Shown here: in pieces, positions 53,601 to 64,000 of the stretch | Position numbering within the stretch: position 1 is the stretch's first letter | Layout: each line of letters opens with the position of its first letter | Assembly (NCBI GenBank): GCA_964035545.1 | Contig: OZ037768.1 | Location: 13,401,675-13,465,674, forward strand | Direction of reading: 5' to 3' | Length of the DNA: 64,000 nucleotides | DNA from: Bugula neritina | Taxonomy: Eukaryota; Animalia; Bryozoa | Position numbers and translations under genes: made by a program | The notes under the pieces: generated by a model | Seen by the model: the letters and a program-made list of their open reading frames with translations, nothing else | Told to the model about the DNA's origin: nothing | Database searches by the model: none

Positions 53601-56600
53601 CTTAACCATCAGATCAACTTCATGGTGTCACAATAAAGTGGCAAGCTATTTGTGGTACCAGTTGACTTTATGATGGCACTTTTACAAACACGACATCGAT
53701 TAGCGTAGCCTGGTTGAGCTCGGTGGGTCATGCTCCAGCATTGCTAGTTGGCGAGTTGGTTGAAGCATTTTGGCACAGCAACTGTTTTGTTATACAAAGG
53801 CATGCAGTTTGGTACTCAGAGTGTACTGTTATTGTTACTAGTTGCTACTGAAGATTTCTCCAATGCCAACACCTCCCTGTCTAGTTATCACTCATTAGTG
53901 AGTAGCCAGGGCAGGTCAGGCATTTCCACTCCTCCATCACGGCCCCCAAGGCCACCGCGTACGTCTTGGTGTTGTGCTTGACTCGTTCCCGTTACACTGT
54001 TGAACAGTTTTACTTTTTTGTTGCTTCCACAAAGCGTTTTGATGTCATTTGTTTTTAAAAAAAAGTGTTGTATATTAATTTTCATCCAGAAAAATTAGTT
54101 TGCAGTTCCCAAGTTGGTGACATGATTTATTATAAATAATTATATCAACCTGATAATCTAATAGCGTTAGTAGCCTGTGCAAAACACACTACAGGAGAGA
54201 TAAATGGATAAAATGTGAGACTGGTAATAAGTTGTTCAGTTGACATCCTGTGATTCTAGAACGGAGAAACTCAGTGACCTCATATACTATTGGTGGCGCT
54301 GGCAGCAAGCCGGAGTTTTCTTCTCATTCATCTGCCAAAACCACAGCAACTGTTGATAGACGAGGCCAGGCAGAGCAAGAATTTGGTCAAGCCTCACTCT
54401 ATATTCTGTGTGAAAAAAATCAGTCAAAGGTAAGGCCATTATATTGCGAGACAGATTTAACAAAAATGTTTGTTATAACATCATTTATTAATAGAGCATT
54501 TATTAGTAACTAGCAGAAAATTAATCAATGTTGTTGATTACGCACCTGCTTGTAAAACACTCTCAAAATTTGTGCAAATGCTGTGTTCATGTTAAGCTGC
54601 CTCTGTAAACTAAAAGTATAACATCAGTACATATATTGTATATGTATATAACCAGGCGCTGCTTTATATCATATAATATAAACATTCCTTGTGGTCTGCA
54701 TGGCACTGCCATACAAGTATCTTTGTTCTGCTGATACAACTACTGTGTATCATGGCTTGTCAGACTCTACTTTCAATGTATACGTGTAGGGAATGAAGAC
54801 GGAGCACCTGCACAGGTGTGAGTTTGTGTCGGTAGACTTCAGAGACGTGGCCAGCGTGAAGCTGAGCTACAAGAAACTGATGAGAGCCTGTGTACCAGGC
54901 GTGCTGTCTAACCTTCCCGAACACTCCTTCAACAAACTAGTGGATGAGTCGGGGTGGCTGACGCAGGTATACTTTGTGTCTCAAAGAAAGTTCTGTTTTT
55001 TAACTCTTGTAGCTACATAAGCAATGCTTTTCTCTGTATAATTCTGGTATGAATCGTACTAAGATTTGACTACTAGTAGTAGCAGTTGTGTACTTTATGG
55101 TGTTCATACAGTTATATACATGGAGTTGTTATATCTTAAAACTTATATTTGTAGATTCAAAGTATACTGCAGTATGCTGGAGCTTGTGTTGACTTGCTGG
55201 ACACACAGGGTGCCTCTGTTATTCTGGCTCTAGAGGATGGGTGGGATATCACTTCTCAGGTGAATATATGGCTATGTGAATATATAACTGAGTGAATATA
55301 TAACTGAGTGAATATATAACTGAGTGAATATATAACTGAGTGAATATATAACTGAGTGAATATACGACTGTGTGAATGTATGCTGGCAACAAATAGTGTT
55401 TATTCTTTTTGCCAGGATTTAATGATATATTAATGGCAGTTGTGCATAGAATGGATAAAGTAATGGCATGCTAGCAATTCCAGTAACTCATCCTATAATC
55501 CCATGCGTTTTTCTAGATAATAAGTGTTGCTGAGCTGCTGTTAGACCCATACTACAGGACGTTTGAGGGTTTCCACACTCTCATTGAGAAAGAGTGGCTG
55601 TCCTTTGGTCACAGGTTTTCTCACCGCAGCTACCAGACAGTCAACAACCAGAGCAGTGGGTTTGCACCAGTGTTTCTGCAGTTCCTCGATGTGGTTCATC
55701 AGATCCACACGCAGTTCCCCATGTCCTTTGAGTTCAACCAGTTCTACCTCAAATTCCTTGCCTACCACCATCTTTCCAGCAGGTTCAGAACCTTCATGTT
55801 GGACTGTGAGTGTGATAGACTAGAAGCCGGCTGGCTGTTGGATGACCGACCTAGAATAGGTGAAACTTCTCTCACATGTACTCTGTGTGCACAGTTGGTT
55901 ATCTGTTGGTCTGTTACTTAGGAGCAGTAGTGGAGAAATTGAGATAGCCTAAATTCTTTGAATTTCCTTATACATTTTGGTTTGGGGTGCAAGTTGAAAT
56001 TCTTGCGAGAACATAACTGCTTTTGCTACATTTCTAATCTAGAACACAGGCTTTTCTCAATTTCTTCTTTACTGCACCTACCTCGTCTAGGAAATTCATG
56101 TAAAGAGCTAATAAATTAGATTCGAATTTATAGCTGTAATCAGCACTACATCTAATATATACAGTTATTTATTTATCTATATACATACATATATCTATAT
56201 ACATATATCTATATGCATATATAACTTGAATGGTAGTTTTTATTACATATTTACAGTATAATTGTATAGTAATTCATGTGTTGGCATATTGTTAGGAATG
56301 GCTGCTGCGGAGTTTACAGCTAACATGGGCAATAGCCTGTGGGACTACGTAGACCTGCATAGGGCTAAGTCTTCTGTGTTCCACAATTTCTTCTATCTCA
56401 ACGAAGAGCTTCAAGAGAATGTAAGAATATCTTTTTATATGGTTTGCTGCAGTACCATTGTTGTATTGAGTTAGCAGACATTGTGAAGTATTTCAGATAG
56501 CATAGGCTGGGATCCTACTTAATTATCTTGGTTTGGTGCAGGTGCTGAGGCCCCATTCAAACATGGCTAATTTGGAGGTTTGGGATTACTATTTGGAAGA

Positions 56601-59482
56601 GAACTTAGCCCACGGTCCACCGTATGATTTAGAGCTAGTCAATAAGGAGACGCAGCAACACTCTAGTGAGATGGCTTTTGGGGATGACAACTTGGAGCAT
56701 TCTGGCAGAGTTACCATCAATAATTGCTATGATAATGTTGGGCTGAAGATGCCTCATGCCTTCAGCTCCTACCTTCAAGTACTGTTATTACTATATTGTA
56801 TTATATGTAGTTCAAAAACACTTCAAACGTTTTTAACTTTCTGATCTAATCTTCATCTACAAATCAAATAAGAAAAATCTTACGTTATGTTAATCTAACA
56901 GGTAGCTAATTTTAGTATTCAACAGATAACACTTGTTCATCTCTTGCAGGAGATTTCTGGGATAGAGCAGGAGCTGAACCAGTTTCCTGGGAAGTGGAGT
57001 GACGTTGTGGACAGACTGCAACAGCCACAGAAGGATATTTTCCGCAGACAGTATTCTCTAAGTACCAGATACTCGAGGTCACACGGTAGAAATGTACACA
57101 AACGGTCTACCATTGAGTTTTTAGGTATTTTGATATAATTATAAGCTATTTTATACGGTGTTGGTAGAATATTTCAAAGTAGCTTATTGCCAAGGTGTAT
57201 AGCTGTTTTAGCTGTGAATGGGCAATTCCGATATAGTTCACTGTTCTGCTTCCATTAATTAGCAGCGCATGCACTACACTGGATGCAATAAGCCATGCTT
57301 TAAATTAGTTATCGTTAGTAGCTCATTTCGTTATCTTGAAATAGTATTGGAGTTAGTTGTCAATGGAGTTGTGAAAGTAGCTACAATATGTTTCTGGTTA
57401 ACTTTTTATTGACGCCGCTTAGACTAATTGTCATACATTGTGTTAATGCTGCTTTTGAACAGAATACCTGTTGACTGCAACTTGAGTTTGTATATCCTCT
57501 CTAGCTATGTAGATTGGGTGCAAAGCTTGGTAATCATGACTCTCTTTATGTTTTCCAGTGAAGGGGAAGATGCTGCCACAAGCTACAAAGATGTTTAGCC
57601 AACCCCATTCATTTGAAAAGTATTACTACAATACACCGCAAAGCTGTGACTATTGCTCACATATTCTGTGGGGCTTTATGAAAACCGGTTAGTGTCTCCT
57701 TAGTATGGGTTATTTGTACTTAATGTAGTTTATTTCATGAGTTACATGCATGGCGTTCAGAGGCAGTTAGAGTATTGTGTTCTTGCAGGACTAAAATGCT
57801 CTGGGTGTGGATACAACTGTCATGAGAAGTGCATGTCACATGTGCCTAAGAATTGTACCAGTAACAGACTAAAGGGTGAGGCTGGTGGAAGTGACGGTAC
57901 CAACAATGCTTCTGGTACTGAGTCTACCAACTCCGCTCTATCTCCTAGTGATGGTAAGTAACTCCTTCCTTCAACTATGTGCTCCAATCAAATTGTAGCA
58001 CATTGAGGTTTGTTTAGCCAAGCTCAATAATTCCTTCTAGTAATTATTCAATTATGTTTAATATTATATACGATATTTACCATTTATTTACTGAATTATT
58101 GTTACTTATTACTATTTACAGAAGAAAAAGCTATCGTTGATGTATCCAGTTCTAAATCAGAGCAAAGATCAAAAACCTTTGAGGGGTATCTTTATAAACA
58201 AGGAGCTCTACTCAAAGGCTGGAAGGCGAGATGGTTTGTTCTGGACTTCATGAAACATCAGGTTGGTAGTACTCTTGTGGAGTAGTGACTTTAGCTGCTG
58301 TATTCTTGATATCTCATATTGTATGTTGGATATCCCTTCCCCAGCTGTATTTAGTTAGCAAACTGGCGTGTGCGTGCGCACCTTGTACTTTGTAGTTCAT
58401 TGCTTTTAACTTATTTTGTAAAAAAATATTCTAGGGTTCTTAGGAATTAACGTTGAGTTCTGTACATAACAAAATGCTGTTTGGGTATAAAGTAAGCTAA
58501 CTGTCCAATATTATATATAAATAAATGATATCAAGTTTTCTCCTTTTTTCTGTTTATGTACTGTTTTTTTTTCTGTTTATGTACTGTAAGTACTGTTTAT
58601 GTACTGTAAGTACTGTATATATACTGTAAGTACTGTATTTATATTGTAAGTACTGTATATATACTGTAAGTACTGTATATGTAAACACTGTATATGCACT
58701 GTAAATATTGTATATTATGTACTGTACATGTGCTGTATGTGTAGGTCTAAAGCATTTTAATAATCTGCAAATGATTTCAAAGTCCTAGTAAGTTTACACC
58801 TATTGCTACTGGTAAGCTTTAGGTTTAATCTGCTACATCTAAATATTGGTAACAGACCCCAGTGTTTACCATTAGAATGTGCTCAACAATGACACTCACT
58901 TATGCATGTTATTTCAGTTGAGATATTACGACGAGAAGGATGACACACATTGTAGAGGATTCATTGAGCTAGCTGAGGTTGTCCATGTATCATCTACCAA
59001 ACCTGTACCAGGCGCACCTAAAAAAGCTGATGAAACTGCATTCTTTGAGGTAAAGGGATTTAGCATCACGATCAAACACCTCTGCTATAAACCTTTGCTT
59101 CTTACCTTGGAGGGACTTAATCCTGATCTATGTCATAGGATAGCACGTTGTATTATGCAGGCCACTGTATTATATGCCAAATCAACATTAATAATTATTG
59201 TAGCGTTTATTAACGGTTGCCAATGATTTGGTTTGAACTTGTTAACATTTTAAAGTTGCATGTATTCTTCACTGAAAACTAATTTTCTATTACTAAATTT
59301 CAAAATTTCTTGCATATAGATATTTCTTTTTAATCATGTTACATAAAATGTTGAAGTTTCCAATTATTATATTTTTTATTCTGTAGATGAGGACTGTTAA
59401 AAGACCCTATGTATTCCTAGCTGAAACATCGGAGATTGCTCATAAATGGGTAGACATTATACAAAACAGAATAACTAGCTAA
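32674..59482 (+). CDS. SBF2: SET-binding factor / myotubularin-related protein 13-like (SBF1/SBF2 orthologue): DENN-GRAM-pseudophosphatase-C1-PH, 38 coding exons, about 2069 aa
   Basis: Exons: 32674-32740 ([17 protein letters not shown]), 33011-33093 ([13 protein letters not shown]), 33258-33518, 34785-34890, 35889-36005, 37657-37789, 39130-39352 ([18 protein letters not shown]), 40207-40398, 42129-42257, 42513-42611, 43485-43660, 44026-44185, 45943-46161, 46554-46718, 46856-46969, 47436-47626, 48109-48214, 48541-48675, 48849-49041 ([21 protein letters not shown]), 49411-49544, 49699-49874, 50160-50347, 51714-51906, 52375-52559, 52666-53019, 53842-53958, 54260-54429, 54790-54966, 55155-55259 ([10 protein letters not shown]), 55517-55859 ([21 protein letters not shown]), 56296-56420, 56542-56778, 56950-57124, 57559-57687, 57789-57953 (C1), 58122-58261 ([23 protein letters not shown]), 58918-59049, 59387-59482. 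Phases consistent; total 6210 nt. Confidence 0.95.
33545..33660. mobile_element. Small (~116 bp) hairpin / MITE-like inverted-repeat element
   Basis: CACTGCGTTTCCA..TTATGCGAATG pairs with CATTCGCATAA..TGGAAACGAAGTG. Confidence 0.6.
35720..35857. repeat. Perfect ~69-bp tandem duplication just upstream of an SBF acceptor
   Basis: GTGTTTAATATATGTATGAGCTGTATTAATAAGATGTAGATTTTTATTAATGAATATTTATTAATTTAA occurs twice. Confidence 0.9.
38853..38980. repeat. 13-bp minisatellite (ACAGGCTAGTCCA)x~10
   Basis: Directly visible. Confidence 0.92.
40455..40690. repeat. Degenerate ACTGTAAGTACTGTATAT-type satellite, units in both orientations
   Basis: TACAGTACTTACTG and ACTGTAAGTACTGTA units; same family as 58550-58740. 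Confidence 0.7.
41174..41292 (+). mobile_element. Internally deleted copy 3 of the ~160-bp MITE-like family
   Basis: AGGTAGGTGCAATAATGGAGATTAGAAATGTAGCAAAAAAGTTATGT...TCTCTCCACTACTGTACCTAAATG matches both ends of copy 1. Confidence 0.7.
44518..45141 (-). CDS. Protamine-like sperm nuclear basic protein (precursor), 3 exons, 133 aa, nested antisense in SBF intron 44186-45942
   Basis: Exons 45141-45099, 44988-44808, 44695-44518 with canonical GTAAGT..TTTTCAAG and GTGAGA..TTTAG introns, phases 1 and 2 consistent. Product [133 protein letters not shown] (52 R, 15 K). AATAAA on the minus strand at 44304-44299. Confidence 0.85.
45155..45214 (-). promoter_or_regulatory. Core promoter of the nested protamine-like gene: CCAAT, half-CRE, TATA, Inr
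   Basis: Minus strand: CCAAT 45214-45210, CGTCA/TGACG 45198-45194, TATAAAAG 45191-45184, Inr TCAGTT 45160-45155 (about 30 nt downstream of TATA), ATG at 45141 in ACAACATGG context. Confidence 0.78.
47927..48130 (+). repeat. 34-bp tandem repeat (x6) spanning an SBF intron/exon acceptor junction
   Basis: TATATTACAG|TATAGCAG units with the AG ending at 47936, 48006, 48040, 48074 and 48108 (real acceptor). Confidence 0.9.
49976..50140 (+). repeat. 13-bp minisatellite (xGGTGAGCTAnnn) with 52-bp higher-order period
   Basis: AGGTGAGCTAACT TGGTGAGCTA(A/C)CG GGGTGGGCTATCT GGGTGAGCTATGT repeated; ends about 20 nt before acceptor 50159. Confidence 0.88.
55260..55387 (+). repeat. 16-bp minisatellite (GTGAATATATAACTGA)x8 starting at the donor GT of the SBF pseudo-active-site exon
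   Basis: Units start at 55260 (intron +1), 55276, 55292, 55308, 55324, 55340, 55356, 55372. Confidence 0.92.
55919..56083 (-). mobile_element. Full-length inverted copy 4 of the ~160-bp MITE-like family
   Basis: TAGGAGCAGTAGTGGAGAAATTGAGATAGCCTAAATTCTTT...TTTCTAATCTAGAACACAGGCTTTTCTCAATTTC..TGCACCTACCT is the reverse complement of 1402-1564. Confidence 0.8.
58550..58740. repeat. 20-bp degenerate minisatellite (TACTGTAAGTACTGTATATA)
   Basis: Directly visible in SBF intron 58262-58917. Confidence 0.8.
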
Positions 59483-60227
59483 ACCCAGCTGTGTGTTCTC
59501 AGTTGTGGAGTTGGAGTGGTTGCAGATGGCCACTAAGTAACTAGTGATTACTATGAATCTCATGAGATCTTGTTTCTTTCGAGGGCATTGCCAAATTATT
59601 CTTGTGCCAATGTTTTCCTGAAAATGAAATCATATTTTACACTTAGATGCTGCACAAGGTTAAGCTACAACCATACTGATATATTCAAACTCTCTATTGT
59701 ATGTGGTATTTGGCTGTTTGAGAACAGAAAAATTCAATAGTGCAAAGTTATATTCATCAAGTCATGTAGTTCAAATCGTGTTCTATTTTATTTTTCGCTC
59801 AATATAGTTGCAAATAATGTAGGCATTTGATACTCAAACTGGTGTTTTGCTCAGGATGTAGTCCTTCTAGAAATATTATTCTAGTTGTTGGTTACTAGCA
59901 GATTTATTAAAATAATTAATATCTTATAATATGGGTTCTATAGGAGTGGTGTATTATGTGAATTGTGTGGTGTTTACTAGGATTTATATTCTCCCAAGTC
60001 ATTTGTCTCTTCAATATTTAAATCATGCCATGCGCAACAATAGTATGGTTGGTTGCTATGTGTTCTTACTGCAGGCACCTACATATATTTAATTTCACAA
60101 AATGGGCTAGGTATACATATTTTATAGACTTTTATCACAACAGTCAGTCTAATACCATTACCTGAAATCTAATAGCTGATTGAATATGTAGGTCAATTCT
60201 TATTGTACAGTGTAAAATAGCAATATC

Positions 60228-60233
60228 AATAAA
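60228..60233 (+). terminator. Candidate polyadenylation signal of SBF
   Basis: AATAAA about 750 nt after the stop, followed by T-rich sequence; further AATAAA at about 60312 and 60349. Confidence 0.4.
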
Positions 60234-61254
60234 ATGATTTATTTACTTGTAAACCATATTTTAACTTGTCTATTTTTAATAAGACACCTTCTCTTTTTTG
60301 AATATTTTATTAATAAAATTATATTGAAAATTTTTGTGTGGCATTGAAAATAAATTTAGAATAGCTGCTGTTTATTACCATCAGCAGTTTCAGAAAAATA
60401 ATTACAAACCACAAAAAAGTGGAAACTACATTTTTTACTTTGTCAAACCAACACTCCTCAAAATACTTAGAAAGGTGATATAAAGTTATAAAACTAAGGC
60501 CTACAGTTATTCAGAAAATCATCTGGAAGTCTAAGATATGAAAGGTATTTGGTACAAATTGACTAAGTAGATTTGTGTAATTCTCTGCCCTTCACAAGCA
60601 ACTTCAAAATTCCTCTTTTCAACAAGGCCATCATGATAACACGCAAGTTTGCATTAGTTGAGCAGCTTGTCCTTCAATATAGTTGGCTAAAACATATAAG
60701 CGGGAGTTAATTGTAACTGTGTGCAATGTGTTCACTACTACCACCACATTACGTACAAAATACATTATAACTTGTAATCATTAGCTGCTATTAGACGCAC
60801 ACTGCTTGTGGCATTGTAATTAATGAGTAGGATTATGGTCATCCTAAGAATAAAAACATTTTTTACTCTGATGACCACAATGTTGAGCAAAAGATAATTG
60901 TTCCACTAGTCCAAATTATTTTACTGGTTGTAACAATATTTTAAACAATATTAGCTCTCATCAGATTTATTTTACCATTTATTATTGCTAGTAACTTAAT
61001 TTATTTTGCCTTATCAACCACACCACAGCTTGAGTAGACTTCATGTCCATGGACAAAACTAAATAGGACATGAAAGCTAATTTTAAACTATTAGCTGAAA
61101 AGAGAAATCTAGCTACATGCTAAGAGAAAGAAACTGAGCTGGCTAGAACTACATGTAGATAGTGCACAAACCTTACCCACAAAGCAAAAAGTGCTAACAG
61201 AAAGTTAGATTTAAAATCACAATTAGGTTTTGAAGCAAAGCTAATGCATACCTA

Positions 61255-63952
61255 TTAGGGTTTGGAGTATTTTTTATATACGAATAAAGCTGAAAGTATG
61301 CCAGCAAAAAACACACCTACAGCCTGGCCTGTTGACGAACCAAAGTACTCTTGGATTGCACTCTGTATAAAACAAACCACAACAACTTTAACAAAGCATA
61401 CATCATTCAAGAATAGAAATAAAAGTGCAAATTCTAAATGAAATAAAATTGGAAATCGTGCATTTAACATTCACAGCAAAGGCAGATAAATATACATAAA
61501 GTAATTATTGACATTATGGGGATTTGTAAATAAAATTAGCACATTGTAGAGGGGAATCATCCTGTTAGTAAGACAGGAGTATTTGCCACAGGTCAACAGA
61601 ATATAATCACAACACGGCACTAGAGGCAACCAATGATAGATCTATTAAAATAAAACAATTACCCAGCCGCCTCTTGATATGATCCAGCTGGCAACATAGT
61701 CTCTAATAAACTTTACAACCCATTCTATAATTGTGCGTATTATTGGAACATTTGATATCGCCTGAAACATCAATACACAATTTCTAAAGTTTTAGAGAAA
61801 CACTGTAAAAAAACAAAAAGGTAGTATGTAATTGTCAGCAGAAAATTTCTTTTAGTTATTGTTAGTACCTTTTTGGCCATTTTATATGCAAAATAAAATA
61901 ACATAACAACTCGTCCCCAATTGAACTGTCCGTCATCAAATATTTCTCTGGCAACACTTTGAAACGTTGACTGAGGAGATTCTATAGAGACGCCATCTAT
62001 CATGCTACAGTGTGAAAACAGCACATAACTTTAGTGAGACAAATCCATATGATATACAGACCTTGAAAACAGACTTCAATGCTACACTAGAATAATATAC
62101 GACTTTTGCATGCACATATATGAATAATAAAAATCCATTAGCGAGGGTTGTAAAGATCAAGAGTATTTCAAACCACTTGATTTTAAAATAAAGTTTTATG
62201 CAAGATACAAGTATCAGATGTAGAAATCTTGATGATGACAGGTGATAAAATTGATATTAGCTACATTACATTGTATGATAAGGTTTTATGCCATCAAATA
62301 TTTATGGAATAAAACACATGTTTAGTATACTAAGCATAATTATAGTTTATTTATACAACTTACAATTAATTACTACATGAACTTTAACCGTATATGACAC
62401 TAGTTTATATATCTAGATTATATTACATTACTATAACATAAGCTACTACACACATCATTAGCATAAGTAATACATCAAACAAATAAATATATTACAATTA
62501 TTATATAATTATATAGCAAATGATATTATAAAATGAATAATACTCTTGTAATCTGTAATCCATATCTAGCTCGTCTCCTATCTGCCTCAGAGCTGTCGCT
62601 ATTTCTCGAAAGTTTTCTCCAACAACTGGAGGGCCTAACAAACAAGCAGTTTAAAAGTTTTATCTTGTCATACAGCATAATGAAGAGATTAGGTAACCTG
62701 AAGTATCACCCAAAAGTTAGAGAAAATATATGCAGGCCGATGTCAGACACTTTGCAATGATTGAAAAAAGATGTGATGGACTTTTAGTAAATAATGTGAA
62801 GTTCAAATATCTGATTGAGCAGCACAAATAGCCAACCATTTCACCTACTCATGTTTTGTTTTCCTTCTGCTCCAATTTTACAATTATAATAAGTTTTCAG
62901 TTTTATTGTGAATATAACAAAAAGTTAAAATTAAATTTACGCCTTTCTTATTCAAATTTATACAAACACTATTACATTATTAAATTTATTAGATAAGTTA
63001 GTAAGTGATTTTCCAAGTTATAGTCAAACAGACAAACGAACCAATAATTTACTAGCTTAATCATTGCATAATAGCAAAACTATTCAATTTAATGTTATTG
63101 AATTTATCAACATGTCTCTTCAAAGTACAATGGCAAAAAACTTTGCAAAAACCATAGTAAATCTTTGAATAAAACATTTTACATCCAAATAGTGGCAAAA
63201 AATCATTTGAGTGTCGTTTCATTTCAAAATTATAAAAGAAATTTCTTCCCAGTTTATAAATTTCAAATTAGTAGTACCAGTAAAATTTGCTTTAATAATG
63301 TATCAAGCTCTTCATTTAAAACAAAACCATATAATATTATATTTTAACACAAATCATTCACATGGATAGGCTATGTGACCTGCTACTATGAAAATTCACT
63401 GGTCGCTTTAGTTACTAAATCAACATTAAACAAAGATATATTCAAGGTATGGTGTCGCAGCTATAGCTTAGTGTTATTTAAATAATTGATGAGTAGATTT
63501 TAATAACTGAAACTGCAAAATAAAACAAATTGAAATGTTTTTGAAAAGATATATTGTAATTGGTTCTTGGTAATACAAAAACTGATTAGAACAGTCAAGT
63601 AATTTTAGTGGTCTATGTATATTCGAATAATTACCAGACATTTTCATACAAACTTAGTTATTTCATTGAGTTGGTATTTAGAAATAATGTGAGGTTGTCA
63701 TATAAACAGAATAGGAAGAAGACATATTAGTAGATTTTCATAAGCTGCATGCGGTCCAATAGTAAAAGTAAGCTAGAATTAGCTCTAACAATGTACCTCG
63801 TGGTGTACCAGGCTCATATAGGTCTTCCTCTCTAATTTGATCACCTAACCCATCCTGCTGTATTCGATCTTGTATAAAATGGGTCATTAAAACTCTTGCT
63901 TGATCTCCAATTCTTTGCCTGCCACTGTCAGATTCATCTGCATCCGAATAAT
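61255..63952 (-). CDS. BAX: Apoptosis regulator Bax-like (Bcl-2 family), 3' five exons; 5' end off the right edge
   Basis: Exons 63952-63797 (ARVLMTHFIQDR, helix 1), 62634-62544 (BH3 LRQIGDELD), 62004-61869 (BH1 FDDGQFNWGRVVMLFYFA), 61761-61663 (BH2 WIISRGGW), 61362-61255 (TM VGVFFAGILSALFVYKK*). Phases consistent. Confidence 0.92.
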
Positions 63953-64000
63953 CTACAAAATAAAAACATATATTAAAGAAACTCTAATACGTTTAGGCCT

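Noticed and set aside
62538-62543. Minor (U12) intron at the weak Bax donor GTATTA
   Set aside because: Does not match the U12 consensus RTATCCTT; treated as a weak U2 donor.

Overview
AT-rich, intron-rich eukaryotic DNA from an invertebrate metazoan (inferred from gene content and GT-AG intron structure; no prokaryotic features). I reconstructed exon chains by hand with consistent splice phases for five protein-coding genes: (1) the 5' part of a secreted M14A zinc carboxypeptidase (minus, 6664 to off the left edge); (2) a nostrin-like F-BAR/HR1/SH3 gene (minus, 8592-20680); (3) a complete 38-exon SBF/MTMR5-13 myotubularin pseudophosphatase (plus, 32674-59482; DENN-GRAM-myotubularin-C1-PH); (4) a 3-exon, 133-aa Arg/Lys/Ser-rich protamine-like gene nested antisense in an SBF intron with its own CCAAT/half-CRE/TATA/Inr promoter (minus, 44518-45141), only partly visible in the ORF track; (5) the 3' part of a Bax-like gene (minus, 61255 to off the right edge). 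Mobile DNA includes a tRNA-derived SINE with a 14-bp TSD, several MITE-like elements and a probable decayed RTE LINE. The most unusual pattern is that several intronic minisatellites start exactly at, or span, splice junctions, producing arrays of up to about 35 decoy splice sites. Hexamer-periodic tracts also flank the probable divergent promoter region symmetrically.
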